Below are positions 46,288-49,050 of a stretch of 49,050 nt of DNA, piece after piece. The translations under genes and the position numbers were made by a program. Positions within the stretch are counted from its first letter, which is position 1. Each line of letters begins with the position of its first letter. The stretch comes from an uncultured archaeon (GTDB lineage Archaea > Asgardarchaeota > Thorarchaeia > Thorarchaeales > Thorarchaeaceae), in contig CAZPWM010000015.1 in the NCBI GenBank assembly GCA_964590575.1, positions 1-49,050 of the forward strand. Reading direction: 5' to 3'. Under the pieces are notes generated by a model, which was not told the origin of the DNA, did no database searches, and saw nothing but the letters and a program-made list of their open reading frames with translations.

Positions 46288-47022
46288 ATGCCCGCATCAT
46301 GGGATGAAGTAGCAGCTGACTACCACAAGACAGTTGGTGAAACTGGTGACTCATATCATAGGACCAATGTTAATCCAGTTATCTTTGACATTCTCGGGGA
46401 CATCAAGGGCCACTCCGTTCTTGATCTTGCATGCGGTCAGGGTTATCTCTCACGAATTCTAGCTCGAAAGGGAGCTTCAGTAATTGGTGTTGATCTCTCA
46501 GAGAAGATGCTAGAGATTGCTCGTGATTCAGAGGAGTCTGAGCCCTTGGGAGTAAAGTACATCTGTTGTAGCTCCGCAAGTATGCCGGAGATATCAGATG
46601 ATTCTATCCACTGTATTGTTTCCACCTTTGGTTTCCATGACATCAAAGAGATAGAATCGACAATTGATGAATGCAACAGAGTTCTGAAAGAAGAAGGAAA
46701 GCTGGTCTTTGCGATTCCACATCCTTTCACATATGCAAGGCGAGAAAAGGATGAAGAAGGGTATTTCCTGAAGATGCGCCATTACATGTCAATCAGAGAG
46801 ATTCCTCATCCTAAATACAAAGACACCGAAGTGGTTGCGTACCATCGACCGTTGAGCTATTACTTTGAGAAAATCTTCTCTGTTGGTTTCCAGATGATAG
46901 CTTTCAGAGAGATTACTACTGAGCTCTCCAAGGGTCGGCCAATCAAAGATGAATCATTATTGGCTTACAAGCAGGAAATTCCGGGATTCTTAGTCGCAGG
47001 GTTTGTGAAGAGACTCAAGTAA
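46288..47022 (+). CDS. Class I SAM-dependent methyltransferase
   Basis: VLDLACGQG, GVDLSEKML, RVLKEEG and YHRPLSYY. Confidence 0.9.
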   Translation: MPASWDEVAADYHKTVGETGDSYHRTNVNPVIFDILGDIKGHSVLDLACGQGYLSRILARKGASVIGVDLSEKMLEIARDSEESEPLGVKYICCSSASMPEISDDSIHCIVSTFGFHDIKEIESTIDECNRVLKEEGKLVFAIPHPFTYARREKDEEGYFLKMRHYMSIREIPHPKYKDTEVVAYHRPLSYYFEKIFSVGFQMIAFREITTELSKGRPIKDESLLAYKQEIPGFLVAGFVKRLK

Positions 47023-47941
47023 ACTGAGTAAGCGACTGCTTAGCCGCTTGAGCTACAGCTTCTTCATCCCATTCACCGAAACTCTGAGCAGCTAGCTTCA
47101 GATACCCGACATCATTGGGGCTAATTCCCACGTGCGACGTGACAACCGCATCTAGCTCAAGAGTGTCATCACAAATCCATACGACACCTCGATTCTTGAA
47201 GGCCTGAGGTTGTAGTGTCATCCCTCTTGAGGCTGTAAATACTCCTTCTACAACCCCCTTTGTCTTGAACAGTGATCGATAGATCTTGTTCATGTCAACA
47301 ATACTCGGGTTCATGGCTTTGTTCATTTCACCATGAAACTCTCCTCGATCAGGACCTGGAATCATACCGAAGAGATTCTTGAGAGCCAAAGAGATGACGA
47401 TATCTTCGCCCATGAATTTGAGCTTGGCAAGATTAAGGAATGTGCCATCACTCAAGTCATACAACCGTTGAGGAACAAAGGAAGCCATCTTCTGCATGTG
47501 AAGTGGTGCATATGAGTCCTCAACTATCGTCTGGATTGTATCCGGTTCTACTATTCGCTCAGCCCAGACCTCTTCAGTGATGTTGAGATACTCGACATCA
47601 TGCTTGTTCAGTATCTTATCGATTCCAGAGTAACGCAAGAACCACCTGTCTGCTTTATGTAGAGCATCGCGGCTGAAGGACCCATACTTTTTCTCTTCCA
47701 CAGCCTCTCTGCATCGAGCCCACCCATAGCTCTCGACCACCAAAGCATCACCATCGATTGCAGCAAGTGTCCAGTCTAGGATATCTGCCTCTGTGAAGAT
47801 GACCGAGAATCCCCAGTTTGGTTTGATTACAACAGGAGGCTTTAGGTCTAGCTTCTTTATCATCTCGATGAAAGATTCTCTATGAATCCCATCTCGAAAT
47901 GAAACTCGTCCGAATTTTGATGAACAAATCTGCTGCATCAT
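47015..47941 (-). CDS. DUF362-domain protein
   Basis: VVIKPN, VVES, NLAKLK and SLALKNLFGMIP. Confidence 0.75.
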   Translation of the reverse strand: MMQQICSSKFGRVSFRDGIHRESFIEMIKKLDLKPPVVIKPNWGFSVIFTEADILDWTLAAIDGDALVVESYGWARCREAVEEKKYGSFSRDALHKADRWFLRYSGIDKILNKHDVEYLNITEEVWAERIVEPDTIQTIVEDSYAPLHMQKMASFVPQRLYDLSDGTFLNLAKLKFMGEDIVISLALKNLFGMIPGPDRGEFHGEMNKAMNPSIVDMNKIYRSLFKTKGVVEGVFTASRGMTLQPQAFKNRGVVWICDDTLELDAVVTSHVGISPNDVGYLKLAAQSFGEWDEEAVAQAAKQSLTQFT

Positions 47942-48048
47942 AGTTTAGGAGTTCATGAACCAAGTAAAGTAACATTCACTCGGAGATTTTGAGCGTTAGA
48001 AATGTTCATAGTTTCTGGGTTCATCCAATTTAGTGAGGTATAATCCAA

Positions 48049-48264
48049 ATGACCTGTTATTTCAGACACTTGACACAAATCTTTGTTGAGCTTGGTGTAG
48101 AAGTCACTCCTGAAAACAAAAAGAGCATCGACAAACAGATTCACAAGCTCGTGGGTGTGGAATACAAGAACTGCTCGGCAGTTTGGAAAGAAATCAAGAA
48201 ACGAAGAGATGAAGATGATTCTGGATTCATGAAAGATCTCGATGGAGCTCTTGGTAAATTCTGA
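48049..48264 (+). CDS. Small hypothetical protein
   Basis: MTCYFRHL..IDKQIH..CSAVWKEIK; GAGG SD upstream. Confidence 0.7.
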   Translation: MTCYFRHLTQIFVELGVEVTPENKKSIDKQIHKLVGVEYKNCSAVWKEIKKRRDEDDSGFMKDLDGALGKF

Positions 48265-48274
48265 TTGGCAATAA

Positions 48275-49050
48275 TCAGCGATTCCTCTGGAACCAATCAA
48301 CTGCAAAATCAATCAGTTCCTTCATTGGTAGAAGCCTAGAGTCAGCTTGACCTACCTTCATAGTCCTATATCCGATTGATTTCTCAAAGGCAATTCCTAA
48401 TTCCCTGAAATCATCTGAATTGTATTCAATCTCTTCCCATGAAACCCACTTTCGCTCCCCTTTCTCTAGAACTGCTGCTCCTCTTGTCTTTCTTGGTGAT
48501 TTAGAATTACATACCTTACTTTCTGCATGATGAAGTGCAGTGTTAGACTCATGATCAACCCCGAGTAACAGTATCTTCCCTTCAAGATTGTAAAGTGCTT
48601 TCCAGGGAGACCTATCTCCATACGAATCTTCTAACTCATGCTCTCTCACAATCTCTTCAGCATTTTTTCCCCATGCCGTACACGATACCTGTGGATGATT
48701 GCTACGAAGAACCCCTGGCATTATCCGGAACAGCTCAGGTATGCGTCCGAGATTTCTTAGGGGAGTAATCTCTGGATGATAAGGTGGCATCTCGTTCCTG
48801 ATGGTTTCCCACCATTCCTCAGGTACTGAGGGATAGTTCCAATTTCTTGGATCACTATTACCAGTTGAATGCGCCTGCATGACAATAGTGCCATCGTCAG
48901 TTACTGCATCCATTAGTGCTTCAATCACCGTGAGTTGATCTCCGATGACCCATCCTATCTTGCTCATCGAGCAATGCACAGATATTATGTCACCAGACTG
49001 GACTCCAATTCTTCTAAGGTCTTGGACCAACTGTAACTTTGTGATTGGTG
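48275..49050 (-). CDS. AAC(3)/YokD-family aminoglycoside N3-acetyltransferase-like protein (5' end beyond the window)
   Basis: GDIISVHCSMS, GTIVM, GRIPELFR, RSNHP, LLLGV and NTALHHAE. Confidence 0.9.
   Translation of the reverse strand, partial: PITKLQLVQDLRRIGVQSGDIISVHCSMSKIGWVIGDQLTVIEALMDAVTDDGTIVMQAHSTGNSDPRNWNYPSVPEEWWETIRNEMPPYHPEITPLRNLGRIPELFRIMPGVLRSNHPQVSCTAWGKNAEEIVREHELEDSYGDRSPWKALYNLEGKILLLGVDHESNTALHHAESKVCNSKSPRKTRGAAVLEKGERKWVSWEEIEYNSDDFRELGIAFEKSIGYRTMKVGQADSRLLPMKELIDFAVDWFQRNR

Noticed and set aside
1-49050. CRISPR array, IS/transposase, integrase, provirus, rRNA
   Set aside because: No regularly spaced repeats, no mobile-element ORFs and no long GC-rich non-coding stretch seen

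Overview
Gene-dense archaeal chromosomal segment with about 55 CDSs. I found no rRNA, canonical tRNA, CRISPR array or transposase. An Asgard archaeon (Thorarchaeia-like) is inferred from longin-like domains (one stand-alone, one at the cytoplasmic end of a 1460-aa single-pass surface protein), a tailed histone-fold protein, archaeal TATA/SD signals and a group 3b [NiFe]-hydrogenase operon. Housekeeping content: acyl-CoA dehydrogenase, nitroreductase, RNase Z-like hydrolase, PiT/DUF47, a short bacterial-type AlaRS, tandem ArsB/NhaD permeases, GlcD-like oxidoreductase, MsrA, a heterodimeric ABC exporter, Nth, CPA antiporter, TspO-like protein, MscL, AlkZ-like glycosylase, AKR and AAC(3). The most unusual signals are: (1) a compact module at 19.3-20.45 kb with an RHH regulator, three GTAAT-N3-ATTAC operators, a repeat-peptide membrane protein and a candidate stem-closed sRNA carrying a duplicated CU-rich anti-SD-like motif; (2) a C2HC zinc-finger/Regnase-type NYN RNase next to a GC-rich cloverleaf-like element and alaS; (3) a histone gene divergent from two genes that both end in the acidic motif DWED; (4) receptor-like membrane proteins with cytoplasmic longin or wHTH domains; (5) several small ORFs and pseudogene remnants missed by the ORF track. 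All family assignments come from motif recognition by eye; no searches were run.
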